Source of the DNA: Paraspadella gotoi
Lineage: Eukaryota; Animalia; Chaetognatha
Direction: 5' to 3'
Length of the DNA stretch: 64,000 nt
Assembly: GCA_051294375.1 (NCBI GenBank)
Contig: CM119267.1
Span: 26,179,293 to 26,243,292, forward strand
In this document: in pieces, positions 11,701 to 25,080 of the stretch
Numbering within the stretch: the stretch's first letter is position 1
Layout of the letters: the number at the start of each line of letters is the position of its first letter
Made by a program: the position numbers and the translations under genes
Notes under the pieces: model-generated
What the model was told of the DNA's origin: nothing
Databases searched by the model: none
What the model saw: only the letters and a program-made list of their open reading frames with translations

Positions 11701-13425
11701 TGCGTAAATTGTAAAATTTATTATAAATTGTTTTTATATAAATGTTCTTTAATATAATATTGTTCGTTCCTCACTTTTAGAATTTTAATTAAAGTTAAAT
11801 TTAAAAATTTTCCTACGCCTTATTATGCACTTTCTCTCCATAGTGAAAATAAGTATTTAATTAAGCATTCTACTCGTGCATGTGATGACATTAAAGCATT
11901 ATTATTTTACTTTTTCAAACTTTCTCTTTGCCAGTTTTCTTGTAGCAATAAAAAGTATTTGAATCTAGGATCTCATTTTTTTGTTTTTTAAAAAAAGTTC
12001 ATGCCAATAACATAACTTCCGGTTTTTATATATTATTAAAAATTTTCAATAACGGTTTGAGGTTGTTTAAATTTAGATTAAATATTTCAAGTAACATTTA
12101 AGTTTAAAAGATAATACAAATTTTATCATTATTTTTATAATTATTTTAAAAAATTTTCAGAAAAACTTTAAAAATTGCTGAAAATCAAGTATTTTGACGC
12201 CCGTGGAACTTTAACCCTTCTCGGAAAGGCGAGATATTAATAAAAATATTCTAATAATACCTCTATTTTATATAGCTTTAAAATATGAACAGAATGATAC
12301 CTTTTTAAAGACTCTATGATCATTTTCCGTAGAAAAAAATGTGTCTAGCATTCATGCATTTTATCATTTTGCTATCGCAACATCGGATTTTTATTCCATT
12401 TTTTTTCTCAGGGGCTGCGTCTGCTGATGAGTTTATTTTTTGACAATGAATTTTTTTTTTTTTCAGAAACTTTAACTTTAATATTCCTCGGTACTTTATT
12501 ATTTTATACTTTATTACTTTATTATTGACAATCGCAAAATAAAAATTTTTTTTCTGTTTATAAATTTTTTTTTCAGGGGCTGCGTTTGCTGATCAGTTTA
12601 TTTGACAATGACAATTGACAATAACAAAAAAAAATTTTTTCATTATTTTTTTTTGACAATCGCAAAATATAATTTTTCTTTGTTCATAAATTAATTTTCT
12701 TTTCTCAAATTTTATTTTTTTTAGTATCAAAATTTGTCGTCAATCCAGATTTTTCTTATGCGATTGCGACGATCCTTATGCTTTTAAGATTTTTTTTTCT
12801 TTCATTCTTTACATGTCCTTCGTCGGTTTCTTTAGCCAGCGGGCAGAAGATTGATGATAAATTAGAAGAAAGTGGGTCCACGAATGAGTCAGTTGCTCAT
12901 AAAGAGGTTCTGACGATATGTTCGGAAAGCGTCCACGGGGAGATATATAAAAATGTCGATAGCGCGGAGAATCAACGGGTCGATAAACGGAGAATTTCTA
13001 AAGTTTTAAAGAAAAACCGAAACGTTCTACGTCCCCCTCGCGGTAATTTACGTCAAGACAGCGCTTTTCGAAGTTGGGATCGACTCGGCGCCGATGATCG
13101 CGTCTCGGTGGAAGCTGCGGGGGGGACTGCTGACGCTGCGAAGCATGACACTTTCGAAGCGAGACTAGTCGATTATTGTCATCCTTCAGCTTTGGTGACT
13201 ATTAGATTCCTTCCACGTTCCATGACCTCCCTTCAACTAAAAGATCTACTGGACTTTGCTGGTCGAAACGTCGTTCGTCGAATTCGTCTCGAAAAAGTTG
13301 ATGACTTCTCCACCGCCCGTGTGACTTTTATCGACCGAGAAAGGGCCATCCTCGCTGTCTCTCTCTTGGATGGCTGCGTTTTGCGTTCCAATGACCCGCC
13401 GCTCACTTGTTTTATGCAATCGTAA
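2793..13425 (+). CDS. Uncharacterised Ser/acid-rich protein with C-terminal RRM-like domain (two exons, 9-kb intron)
   Basis: Proposed join(2793..3855,12836..13425): donor AGCG/gtgagt is phase 1, acceptor tctttag/CC is phase 1, both exons are long open GC-richer ORFs. C-terminus LVTIRFLPRSMTSLQLKDLL...ARVTFIDRERAILAVSLLDG fits an RRM fold. The exon linkage is inferred. Confidence 0.6.
3897..4101 (-). mobile_element. Solo LTR-like element (TG...TA ends, 4-bp TSD gtag)
   Basis: Inverted relative of 51893-52135; gtag at 3893-3896 and 4102-4105. Confidence 0.7.
4984..5487 (-). mobile_element. hAT-type MITE family B, truncated
   Basis: Reverse complement of 60467-61010; starts taaggcgtagtaaaa. 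Confidence 0.75.
5551..7449 (+). mobile_element. Direct-repeat (LTR-like) flanked cassette carrying a degenerate TQT-repeat ORF
   Basis: About 170-bp direct repeats at 5552-5723 and 7281-7449; PBS-like taacgccctcttcgcggctcga after the first, purine tract aagaaggggga before the second; ORF 6394-6720 inside. No clean TSD. Confidence 0.6.
10164..10825 (+). mobile_element. DINE-1/HINE-like family A copy
   Basis: aacaagtttgagcaaac start, sub-TIR gtcggatctgc, TTAA-rich block, internal ~140-bp tandem duplication, ggacgga microsatellite. Confidence 0.7.
10921..11856. mobile_element. TTAA-flanked MITE containing a Penelope-like fragment and a family B MITE (11215-11822)
   Basis: TIR atacttattttcactatggagag..tgcataa and its inverse; ttaa at 10917-10920 and 11857-11860. 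Confidence 0.65.
11159..11199 (+). ncRNA. Minimal type I hammerhead ribozyme motif (Penelope-type)
   Basis: GCCA-CUGAUGA-U-GACUUA(gaaau)UAAGUC-GAAA-UAUA-UGGC: both conserved core boxes, 6-bp stem II, 4-bp stem I, palindromic vestigial stem III. Confidence 0.7.
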
Positions 13426-14301
13426 GAGTTTTAGTAGCTAAGTCTCGTCAGCTTTTAAAATGGAGAAAACTAAAATCATATTTCTCGTGTATATGTATAT
13501 CTAATAATTTTTTTTCTATTTCTGTCATTCCCAAATTTTTTCGATGACCATCTTTATCGTTCTTATTTTTCTCGCACCAGTCTCATGACATATGATATTT
13601 TATTTTGAATTTAGTTATTTGCTAATGATTTCTAGCATCAATTTGAATTTTGAATGGAAACTTTTTGTTATTAGTATTTCAATTCACACGATCAATTTTG
13701 GTCACTTATGAGCCTTAAAAAATATTTTTTGGTATTAAATTTTTATCACAAAATCCTTGATTTTTATAAAACGGGCTTATACTATTTTGCAGTACTTGCT
13801 CGAAAAGTATATAATAATGATTGCATTTTAGACACTTTGGTTTTTCTTTTTGTCCAACGATGTTACGTTGAAAAAAAGTTTTGTAAAAGAATTTGCTAAT
13901 TAGAATTGATTAATCAGTGTGATGGTAAAGGGGGATGCCCAATAAGGTGGGCCAAAATTGAACACTTTTTATAACTTCTAGTTTCATTACTAAATCAATT
14001 TTCAGTGCAACTTTTTAAATTAGTTTATTGGGTTTGAAATATTTATTAATATATAACAAAAAAGTGTTTTTTAAAATTTTTTTTAAGAACGGATTCCTAT
14101 AAAGCTTGAAAAATTAAATAAAAGTTAATACTATAATTTTTTTTTAAATTTTAACAATAAATTGGTTAAAAATAGGAAAAACCTTAAAAACTCATTATCA
14201 TCGTCATCATTAATTAATTCATCAATAAAACAAAAAAATTTAAAAAGTTGTAATAATAACATTTATCAGAATCTTTTAAAAAAAATTTAAAAATTAAAAA
14301 G

Positions 14302-15527
14302 CAAGTTTGAGCAAACAATATCGGATCTGCCCACGATAATTATCGGAAATTAAATAATGATTAATTAATTAATAATTAATTCAAATTAATTAATTACTCA
14401 ATTAATTAATTACTCAATTAATTAACTTGATCCAAAATGTTTGTTTTGATTGATTGACTGTTTATTTAATTATTGATTAATTGACTGATTATTTAATTAT
14501 TGACTAATAATTAATTAACTGATTAATTATTTGATTAATTTATACATCTTGTATTTACATTAAATATTAAAAAAAAAATAAGCATAATCAATAGGGTGGA
14601 GTGATGAAAAGATTGAGCGATGGAACAATATTTTTTTGCTGCTTTGGATATGTAATAAAAAATAATCAAGCCCTTTTTAAAAAAAAAATTGCATAACAGC
14701 ATCATTAGTTGAATATTCTTTATAGTAATATCCTTATAAAATCATAAAAATTCAAAATCATATTTTTTTAATTTTAAAAAAAGTTTTGGATTCGCCGGAA
14801 AAAACTAAAAAACTTTTGTAAAATATGTTACATGATATTTTTAGGTTAAAGCTGCGAAAAATAATTAAAAAGTTTTATCATATAATAGTTTCTACTACAA
14901 AGTATAAAAAAGTAGAGAATTTGACCTTTTTTTCCCATTTTTGATGCTGAAGACATTGAAATTTTTAATAACATATTTTATATTTTTGATCTAACTTTTT
15001 GTGAAAAATCAGAATCTTTAATAAAAATTTAAAAACAATTATTTTAAAAATTTATGATTTTATAAGAATATTATTATAAATATATTGTAATTAATGATAC
15101 TGTTCCCCAAACAATATAAGCAAAATATTTTTTGTACTCCTTAATCATACTATATCACATCTAAATATCCTTGTTTGATCACTCAAATAAAATTTATGTT
15201 CCCCTGTGATCCACTCTAATAATCAATTAGTGAAACAGGTATTTTGTTTTTTTCCATTTAAACTCATTTCCACTCGGACGATTCTATCGAAACTTCATAT
15301 TCAACTCAATCACATACAAAATTTCATTCCAATCCATCCATCCGATCACGAGTAATTGGTGTTTTTTGTTAAGGTGGGATGGACGGATATCGTTTTTTTT
15401 TTTTTTTTTGCATAAATTATCATAATTCGATGTTCTGATATGATATAAGTGAATGCCCGACAAGATTGAGGGGGCTGACCAACGAACCGACAAAGTTAAT
15501 TATAGAGTCAGGATCTGCTTATAAGCA
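14302..15527 (+). mobile_element. Family A HINE-like copy interrupted by a MITE
   Basis: Matches 10164-10825 and extends to the 3' stem-loop gatctgcttataagca. Confidence 0.7.
14592..15218. mobile_element. hAT-type MITE family C
   Basis: Ends tagggtgga / tccactcta; 8-bp TSD ataatcaa; a second truncated copy at 50288-50760. Confidence 0.8.
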
Positions 15528-15557
15528 TGGTAGCTATTTTATATAATCCAAATACTA

Positions 15558-16670
15558 CTTGGTGACAATTTTACAAGCGCCGGTAAAAATATGCTGTCAG
15601 TTGCAAGCCAGTGGTTATTTCATTGATTTTAAAAATTAGTTAAGTAGAAAATACTAAAACTATTTATTTGTTAAAATTTTATATTGATCAGTTAAGATAT
15701 GCCTTGACAATGAGTGGAGAAAGTTGGTTTTTCAAATCGGGTTTTATTTTCCAACTCGCTGTTTTTAAATTCAAATTTTTAGAACTTTTTTAAACAAAGT
15801 ATTTATTAAAATATTAACAATATTAATATCCTCAGAAAGCCCTCAAAAATAGAGATTGATATCCTTACGAAAGCTCTAAAATAAAAAGTAAGATGCCCAG
15901 CTTTGGTTCAATTAAGAGTGTCAAAAGTGAATTATTTAAAATTTTAAATCTTTTTTCAAAATATATGACCTGTTTAAATTATTATAACTTTAGAGATGAA
16001 ACGAAAAATTTGTTGTAATAGCAATTTTTTATTTTTTTATTTTTTTTTCATAATAAATGAAATAAAAAATTGCTATTACAAACGAAAAATTTTCGTTTCA
16101 TCTCTAAACTATTTTAAATAGCAAAAAGAAAGTCAAAATATAATTATTATAACAAAAAATATTATTATTTATATAAAATATCATGAAAGAGCCTGAGAAA
16201 AAAAATTTAAGATAGCCAATCACAATTTGATAAAAAATCATATATTTACTCTCCAGCTATTGATTTTTAAAAAGATGTCTCGTTTTTGAATATCCTAATA
16301 TAAATTAAAGCTGGGCCAGTTAAATTTTATACTACAGTATTTGATAAGTATATAATTCTCTTTCATATTTTTAAGGGCTTTCTGAGGTATTAATATTGTT
16401 AATATTTTAATAAATACTTTGTTTAAAAAGTGCTAAAAGTTCTCCAAAAAAAAAAGAATTTAAAAAACAGTGAGTTGGAAAATAAAACCCGATTTGAAAG
16501 CTAACTTTCTCCACTCATGGTCAAGGCATATCTTAACTGAATCAATATAAATTTGAACAATAAATGACTTTAATATGTTCTACTCAACTAATTTTTAAAA
16601 TTAATGAAATAACCACTGGTTTGCAAAATGACAGCGTATTTCTACCAGCGCTTGTAAAATTGTCACCATG
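15558..16670. mobile_element. Foldback MITE with ~290-bp TIRs and TA TSD (Tc1/mariner-like)
   Basis: cttggtgacaattttacaagcg... versus ...cgcttgtaaaattgtcaccatg, TA on both sides. Confidence 0.8.
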
Positions 16671-17480
16671 TATATAATATCAAAAATCTTTTTAAATAAA
16701 TTTTATTCTGATAGAGCTTAAAAAGTTAGATAAAGGTTATTATTAAAACTTTTTGAAATTTTAATTATTCGTTTATAAAAATTAACAAAAACTATAAAAT
16801 TTTATGGATGATGATGATGATGATGATTTTTTAAGGTTTTTTAAAATTTTAGTGAATTCATCATTAATATTTTTAAAATTTATAGTATTAACCTTTATCT
16901 AACTTTTTAATCTTTATCAAAATCCATTTTTAAAAATTTAAATTTCTTAAAAAAATTTATATATTTTATATATATTGTTAGATATTAAAATGCTTCCATG
17001 CATGAGGAAAATTAATTTAATCAAAATCTAATATCATAATTCAATTTGGTTGTAAAAGGACAAAAGACTTATATTGCAGACTTTTTCATATTGTAAAAAA
17101 TATAAAATTCTGGCCCGCCTTACTGGACAAGCTTCTGTCGGCAGTAATAAGCGGGAGGCCAAAAGTCCGACCAATGTCAAGTACAACTGAATGGTAAGAC
17201 AATCAGGTAAATGTGGTAACAAGAACCAAGAGCAACAGGAAATAAAACTGTAAAGTAAAATGAAGCATCGATGCGTAACTATAATCAATTAAATTTCATA
17301 AGAATATAAACCAAAGTTTTATTAAACAAGTTACAAATGAGAAATGTTTCCAATTAGTTTTTTTTTTCAAAATTTGAGTCCAACAGAATAAAATAAATAT
17401 TGAATAAACCTGATTAATCTCATGGCAAAGTCATTAGCTGACAGCATCTGACTAAGAATCACCCATGGGCGATGTCTGTA

Positions 17481-20400
17481 CATTAGACCTTTCCATATAT
17501 GAAAAGTTTTGAAATCAATTTACTAAGGAAAATTTTTTTTAAAACTTATTTTTTTGGGCAATTTTTTATAATTTGTTTAAAAAATGATATTTTTAACAAT
17601 GTTCGTGAATTGGCGCTTAAGAAGACTCGTATGTGAGTCAAAACATGTCCTTTTCACTATGAAATAAAAATCGTTGTTAAATCTCTCTTCAAAACTTTGT
17701 TCGAAATATTTTTTTTTAAAAACTACAGCGAATTGAATAAAGAGATAATTGCTTTTGTTTTGCTGAAAGAATTTTTAAAAAAGGATTATGGGTTAAAAAG
17801 TTATATTTTTTTAAATTAAAAAAAAATCACTTTTCTTAATAATTNNNNNNNNNNNNNNNNNNNNNNNNNATTTTTATTTAATAGGTTTGAACTAGGGCTA
17901 AAGGAAAAAGGGAATGCACTTTTTTCAGAGTAAATAAAAAAAATAGTAAATTCTGATTTGACAATGGTAGGACTAAGCTCTGACGAACAAAGCCCGAGTT
18001 TTTTAATATATTCTTATACGGCCAAGGTAGAATGATGGCAATATTGTTTAATATTTAGTTTCAAAAAAATCCATCCATAAATATAGAAAATATTAACCAA
18101 AATCTTCGGGAAAATCCACCCCTTCTTTGGAAGATTTCCGCCATAGAAGATTTTTCCTGAATCTGACTCCGGTTGAAAACTCTTAGAATTCCGATCATTA
18201 GCTCCTCTTTTACTTTTACTTTAAAATAAAAATTTCACCAAAATGGACTAATTCACTTTACATGATCGTATCATATCAAAATAACCAAATAAAATGTAAA
18301 GAAACATTTTGAGAGCCCCTTCGGACACTTTGCCAAAGGATTCCAAAATTGGACCTCATTTGATTGAACAGGAACATACCTCAGTCACGTTTATATTGTT
18401 TTCAAGGGAAAAATCCCTCTTTCATTTCTATATAAAATCAGAGATGGAAAATTTTTCCGTCCAGAAGCAGTCTATTTGTTCTGGCTTGTTTGATATCAAG
18501 ATGTGATGATTTGACAAGAGAAAAAAAATGCGAGCCCTTCAGATGCAACAGGATCGGAATCAAGTGTTTTAACATCGATATTTTACCAAAATTTTTACCA
18601 GGAGCGTTTATATTGTTTGGTAGTCAGATTTGAACGAAAATCTCATTGAAAAAGTCTTGCTCGATCTCTAAGAACGACGTAGACTCCTACAATGGGTAAC
18701 TTTAATATTTTGTCTCACCAGGTCATTAAAGTTTTTTTAAATTTTTATCATTTTATAATAGGAATTATGACTTTTAAATATATGAATATTTTCTATATAA
18801 AAGGGGAAAAAAAATTGACAAAAGCGATTAAATGATTAAAAATTGATAAAATGAGGACAAAAGAGGTAAAATAATGAAAGTTAAGCAACTGAGAGAAGTT
18901 GCTTGCTGCTTACTGATCGAGAAAAAAAGTCATCGTCTATAGTGCCAAAGAATGAAAACTTGTTGTTCTATTTTTTCATTCATTACCTTTGTCAAGCTTG
19001 TTCTCCAGAACTGAGTTGAATTATAATTTGTCGTTAGATATATTGCCTAATCAAAGGTTGTAAAAGACTTGGAAAAAATATATAAAGCCTTGCTTGATTA
19101 ATTTAAGATAGATCCGACTTGTTGATAATTCATCAACTATAAAAGATATGAAATGAATAATAAATAATAAAAATTATATTTATTTCAAAACTAATCGGCT
19201 ATTTACAATAGACTTAATTATTAACTATAAATCATGAATAGATAACAAAAAAAAAAGAGTAAACTAGTTTTTCTTTCTTTGGCACTATACCTTTTTTTCT
19301 CGACCTGCAAGCAGCAAGCAACTCTTTTCTCAGTTGCTTAACTTCATTAATTTTACTCTTTTGTCTCATTTTATCAATTTTTAACTATTATTTATTCGCT
19401 TTTGTCAATTTTTTTTATATTTATATTTAAAGAAAAAATTTTAAAAATACTTTATTTAAAAGTCATAATTCCTTTATAAAATGATAAAAATTTAAAAAAA
19501 CTTTAATGAACCTGGTGAGACAAAAATATTAAAGTTACCCATTGTCAAATCAGAATTTACTATATTTTTTATTTACTTCTAAAAAAAGTGCATTCCCTTT
19601 TTTCCCTTTAGCTTAGTTCAAACCTATTAAAAAACAATAATTATTAAGAAAAGTGAATTTTTTTTAATTTAAAAAAATATAACTTTTTAACCGATAATCC
19701 TTTTTTAAAAATTCTTTCAGCAAAACAAAGGCAATTATCTCTTTATTCAATTTTGCTTAATTTTTTTTAAAAAAAATATTTCACGAACATTGTTAAAAAT
19801 ATAATTTTTTAAAAATTGTATCAAAAATTGCCCTAAACAATAGGTTTTTAAAATTTTTTTTTTAGTAAAAAACTAACTTAATTTATAATGCGAGGTATGT
19901 AACATAGAGAGAGTGTAAGAGTGATGGAGGCCTTAAACCACCATCTAATACTTAAGGGAGATGGTCTTTTCATACAATTGAAACATTCTTTGAAATATTA
20001 TACCACTTCATTGATAGGGAAGCCAGGTACTCTGGAGTGAATAAACGAGACTGTGAGAGAGTCTTGATTGAAACCTTGCAGGGACCTGCTATGGTCATTA
20101 TCTTGTAAGAGTGATGGAGGCCTTAAACCACCAAAGCCTGTCCAAAGTCAGGGCAAGATAGCTTTATTTATTAAATGAATGGATAATTTTTATATTGTTG
20201 TACCAATTTCATAAAAATTCAGCTCCTTGTATTTTGATGCTAGTGCGGAGTAAAATAAGTATTCCCCGATCTAATAACTTAAGGGAGTGTCTTTTCATAC
20301 AATTGAAACATTCTTTGAAATATTATACCACTTCATTGATAGGGAAGCCAGGTACTCTGGGAGTGAATAACGAGACTGTGAGAGAGTCTTGATTGGAAAC

Positions 20401-20755
20401 CTTGCAGGGACCTGCTATGTCATTATCTTGTAAGAGTGATGGAGGCCTTAAACCACCAAAGCCTGTCCAAGTCAGGGCAAGGATAGCTTATTTATTAAAT
20501 GAATGGATATTTTTATATTGGTTGTACCGATTTCATAGTCAATTTTTTCCGTCTACAAGATAGTTTGGCTTTCGTCCTCTAGCAATAAAGCTTTTAAAGA
20601 GTCGTTTAAAAAAGTCCATTTTTCACCATTTTTCACCATTTTTTTCAAAGTTGGCAAGCATTTACTGTAATGTTCAAAAAAGCTTCAAAAAAATTCATAT
20701 GATGTATGGGCACCTTTTTGATTTCAAAACTTTTCATATATGGAAAGGTCTACTG
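17481..20755. mobile_element. Composite TIR element (CAGTAGA-type, TA TSD) with an internal foldback and a ~325-bp tandem repeat
   Basis: 38-bp TIR cattagacctttccatatatgaaaagttttgaaatcaa and inverse ending 20755; internal inverted arms ~17520-18950 and ~19275-19870; N gap at 17845-17869. Confidence 0.65.
17968..18689 (+). mobile_element. MITE family D (TAGGA...TCCTA)
   Basis: Same family as 36697-37418; the empty site is visible in the opposite foldback arm (ttacccattgtcaaa near 19535). Confidence 0.75.
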
Positions 20756-20909
20756 TACATATCTTGACTGTCCTTTTCATTAGCTCCACGAATTGTCTCT
20801 CCGCTCTTTATACCAGAAGTTTATCCTCGTCAAATAAAAATGTTTTGGCCTTTTTCTCGCGTTGAAACAGAAATTTCCTTTACTTTTTTCCTTCGTCTTC
20901 GTTCGCGCG

Positions 20910-22172
20910 ATGGAAACTCTGAGCGAAAAGAGAGAAGAGATGGACAAATTCATCGACGGAACGAAGACGACGACGGAACGGACAACCAAAAAAAAGAAAA
21001 AGAAAAAATCCTGCGCCGCCTCCCTAAGAATCCAAGACCCGTTGACGAACCGATTCGGCGCCTTATTTAATCTAAGCGACATCCGTGATTCCGTCCTGAT
21101 GAACGTCCGAACCGAGACTCGATGGTGCGATGAAGATGACAAAGATCCTACAACGATGAATGACGACGACGAACGGATTAATGAGACCGTGGTCAACATC
21201 TCGACGACGTCGCTATTGACAAAAAACTCGAATTTCTCGTCGCTGCCCAACGACTTCAACGATGGACAAAATCATCGATTGAGCTCCTCTGATCAACTGG
21301 AAAGAAGCACTTCGGAAGGAGTGGGAACAACAACAACAACAAGATATCCGTGGTCGATTAGCGGAAAACGGGGAGATGACGGATCTGGCGACGGACAAAT
21401 TGGCGGAGAACTCTTCCCTGGCTGAATTCCACTACGGAATCCTCTCCGACGACGACTCTGATTACGACTATCGTTTCCGACGGGAATTTCTATGTCCGTT
21501 ATGAAAACGAATCCCAAATGCCCGACATCATGAGGCTGATCACCAAGGATCTCAGCGAGCCCTACTCCATCTACACTTATCGATATTTCATCCATAACTG
21601 GCCCAATCTCTGTTTTTTGGCACGGAGGACGGCAAGTGCGTCGGGCGCCATAGTTTGCAGGCTGCGTTTGTCTTTTAGGATTTTGTGGTTTCTTTGAGAG
21701 AGAGTCGATAGCTCTCACCATACACAATGCGTACTACGCATCCTTCCTTTCAACACCTTGGACGTCCACAAGAAAATGGCGAACCGTGGCTACATCGCGA
21801 GCTGGCCGTCGACGTCAATTATCGCCGCCGCAAATCGGATCTACTTTAGTAAATTTCTCAATTGTTCAAATGTTAACTTAAGGTCTTCTAATATTTTTCG
21901 TATTGCAAGATCTAAGGTTTATCGGATATCATTATCATTGTTGTTCAATGTAGAATTATGTGGAAAATATCTCTTTCAAGGTTCGGCAAAGCCATTCGTG
22001 CCATGATCTGGACGAGAAACTCTTGCGACGAGGTCGTGCTGGAGACAATGATCACTAACACGTCCCCTCGCCTCTACGAGAATCTCGGCTTCGTCAGGGA
22101 CAAGCGTCTCTTCCGCTATTATCTTAACGGAGTCCGACGCGCTCAGACTCAAGCTCTGGCTCCCGCGTCTGA
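20910..22172 (+). pseudogene. NAA30: Frameshift-ridden duplicate of NAA30 (probably an assembly/haplotype artefact)
   Basis: Near-identical to 28104-29366 including introns, but with many 1-2 nt indels. Confidence 0.75.
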
Positions 22173-22902
22173 CGATGGTCGAAAAGGAGAGAACGAAGAA
22201 AAGACCAAAAACTCGCTCATTAAACTTGTTGCAAAAAACAACTTCTGATCTCTTATCCGTCGACGGCGTTCCATTCTTAGTTATTATCTCATTTTTTTCT
22301 CATTTGTATCCAGCTCCCTTACATTTTCTTTCTTTATTCCTCTCTTATCATCTCTTATTCTCTTTTATTCATCTCTTATTTCCTCTTTTATTCATCTCTT
22401 ATTGATCTATTATTCCTCTTTTATTCATCTCTTATTCCTCCTTATTCATCTCTTATTCCTCTCTTATATCTCGCTTCTCCCTTATTCCTCTCTTATTTTT
22501 TCGCGAAGGACTTTTTTTTTTCTGATTGTAGTTTACTAGTGAGAAAAAATTAGTCATAATACAGCGTTTTTTATTTTAAAGACTTATTAGTTTTCTAGTC
22601 CTCAAAGTTATTATTTTAAGGTGCAAAGTTATAATAGCCCTATATTTTTTGAAAGAGTAATTTTTTTTTTCTTGCCGTGTCATCGATTGAATTCCGTCAG
22701 AGAGTTGGTTTTTGTTTTAAAACCTATTAGTACTGAATAGAATTAAAAAATTAAAAGGGAATGTGACGATGTTTTACTCTGGTATTCATAGGGATATCCA
22801 ATCCATCTGTAATTCGATTCAAATCGGTCGGTTTTGCAGACGACGCAAGCAAATCGGCAATATGTGAAAGAGACTGGAGTGAAAGAGGAGTCGAGATTTA
22901 AA

Positions 22903-25080
22903 ATGACTTCTTCTATTCTCACTCAACATCGGGAGTTTTTTTTTTGGGTCACGTGACTCGGAAAAAGACCTCCCTCTCGAAATGTTTGTCGACGGTGGCA
23001 TCGACGGCTTGCTTTGACAAAAATCCTCAAAGCCGAGAGCGCGGAATCACGCTCGATCTTGGATTCTGCCTCCTTTCAATCTCCCCGTTTCCGAATCGCT
23101 TAAGGTAAACCGCAAATGGAAAAACACTGGACGTCAGGATTTTTCTTACCCGCTTTTCGTATTTTCTCGGTCCCAGGCGCAGGCGGCCTCGGGACTTACT
23201 CGACTCTGCAGTTGACGGCTCGTGGATTGTCCGGCCACGCCTCCTCATGAAGACAAATCATCAGGCGGCGCCGCTATCGTCGATCTCGTCTCCTCGTCGT
23301 CGACATATCGAAGGTGAGGACTGAGGATTTCCTTCTCTTAAAAAAAAGAAGAGAAATGATTTTCGTTTGAACTCATGACTTCCTTTCTGTTTTCTTTACT
23401 CCAATCTCATTGCAGACAGATTGAAGGGAAAAAATTGGTATTTGGAACTCAAGTTTCTGATTAAAGTCATTGAGTAAAGGCAGTAAATTGAATCTAAATT
23501 CTAGAATTTGAAAGTGGCAAGAATTAACACTTTTTTAAAAGGTCCAGCTTCCAAAATGATTCGAATATTTCTTTTTAACCTTTTTTAAAGCTTTTCTTAG
23601 GGATTCAAACCCAAACGCTGAATGTCTCGTTCTCGCAGAAATTCTTTGCTCTAAGATGATCGTCATCGCTCAACAAAATCGACCTTGATTCCAAAAAGAA
23701 AAGAGACGCTGCCGTCACAAAGCACGAGGCTGCCGGCTGCCGTAAAAATGATCATCTCTTTGTTTTTTTATTTTCTCGTTTTCCAGATGACGAAACGAAT
23801 TTCAAAAAACCTTGGAATCTACCCGATTCAGCGGATGTCCCGTTGTGCGGTGGCCGCCAATCCAGGAGGCGAGGAATCCCAACCCGGATGACGTTGTTTA
23901 AGAACGGGTGTAACCAATACGAACGTTACCCTTTGGATTCGAGTAAGACAAAAATCTTCTTTCCCTTTCTTTTTCCCAACGCTCGAATGAATCTCCTCGG
24001 GTTTGTAATTTCGTAGCGCAACCTGATATCCCACTTGTCGTCGATGGCTTTCGTCCCCGAGAGATCGTCGCAAGGCCACCTCGTCTTTGCAGTTATCACT
24101 GTTTCGCCCTCAAAGGAAAGGAGTCTTCTCACCGGAACTTGTCTTCAAGGATCATTGGCTGTCGGAGAGAGTCTGGAGGATTCCGCTTTGAAGCGAAGTT
24201 GAGAAAAGTCAAGTTCCTCTTTCAGCATTGGTTCATAACACCGCCAGGTGGAAAGATCGCCTCCAGATGCCGGTAACGTCTGCTTGTGTCTGGAGCCCGA
24301 AATCTATAACCATTGACTTTGTGTCCGATTCGTTTTTCCGTTCTATATTACTCTTCCCTTGACTCCCTCGCTACGGCGATCGGCGCTGCTCTCTCGTCTA
24401 CTCAGTTGACTACGGACAGAAACTCGAAACGCTGCACCGCCGTAGCCGGTGTCGGCGCTGGCTCGCCTGGATCAATGGGCCGCTCACGTTCAGCGCCAAT
24501 TGTTGTGGGCGTTGATTCGCCGTCCTCTTTACCTTTCGACGTCTGCCGCTGAAACGGGCGCGAGAGCTTCCACGTCCTCCATCGTACGAGACGCAAATTG
24601 CATAAACTAGTTTTCTGTCGCGGCGATGCCGAAGAGTACCGCCACGACCGACGCCGCCGTCGCCGCAAAGAAAGCCTGAGGTGATTGTTGATATGGAACA
24701 AGGAATACCGTCCTTCCTTTGGTGACGAACTCGAACTTTGCAGGGCGTCCGCGGCGTCGGCCATGCAGATTCCTCCGCCACGTCACCTCCTTCCTTCTCC
24801 GCCACATCGCGGCCAAACTCCGATTCTTCGCTTTAGTGAATTCGACGAACGCCCGATTTGCGTCCTCAACGGATTTCCCTATCGTTCCGTCGGTCGACCA
24901 CAACTTGACGCGGACATCATCAGGAATTTCTTGCCTCGCGTCGCCTCGCAAAGGCAGAGGCTCACCTCTTCACGAACAGGACTTACATCTTCGGAATCTC
25001 TCCACAGGCTGAAAGTCGTTCAAAGCCAAAATCAATGACCTCAGGATCGTCGATCAGCTAGCGAGATCACGCTAAAGGTT
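22903..25080 (+). pseudogene. EEFSEC: Frameshift-ridden, 3'-truncated duplicate of eEFSec (probably an assembly/haplotype artefact)
   Basis: Colinear with 30124-32200; indel density rises steeply toward 24100-25100; the last exon is absent. Confidence 0.75.

Larger units (their letters stand above)
8478..12347. mobile_element. Non-autonomous TIR DNA transposon (CAGTAGA-terminus, Tc1/pogo-like) with nested inserts
   Basis: Imperfect long TIRs tagacacattttt..atcatagagtc..aaaaaggtgtcattctgttc and the inverse at 12287-12347; shares a subterminal motif with 40455-42347. Confidence 0.65.
4111..12795 (+). mobile_element. HINE-like (Helentron-type) element R1, expanded by nested insertions
   Basis: 5' hairpin atcgtcgcaatcgc..gcgtttgcaacgat in a T-run, GTC microsatellite, matching 3' inverted copy gcgattgcgacgat at 12760-12773; further R1 copies near 51797, 60160, 61170. 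Confidence 0.6.

Noticed and set aside
20910-25080. Genuine evolved pseudogenes or programmed frameshifting
   Set aside because: The indel-dominated, end-increasing error pattern fits unpolished reads better than evolutionary decay.
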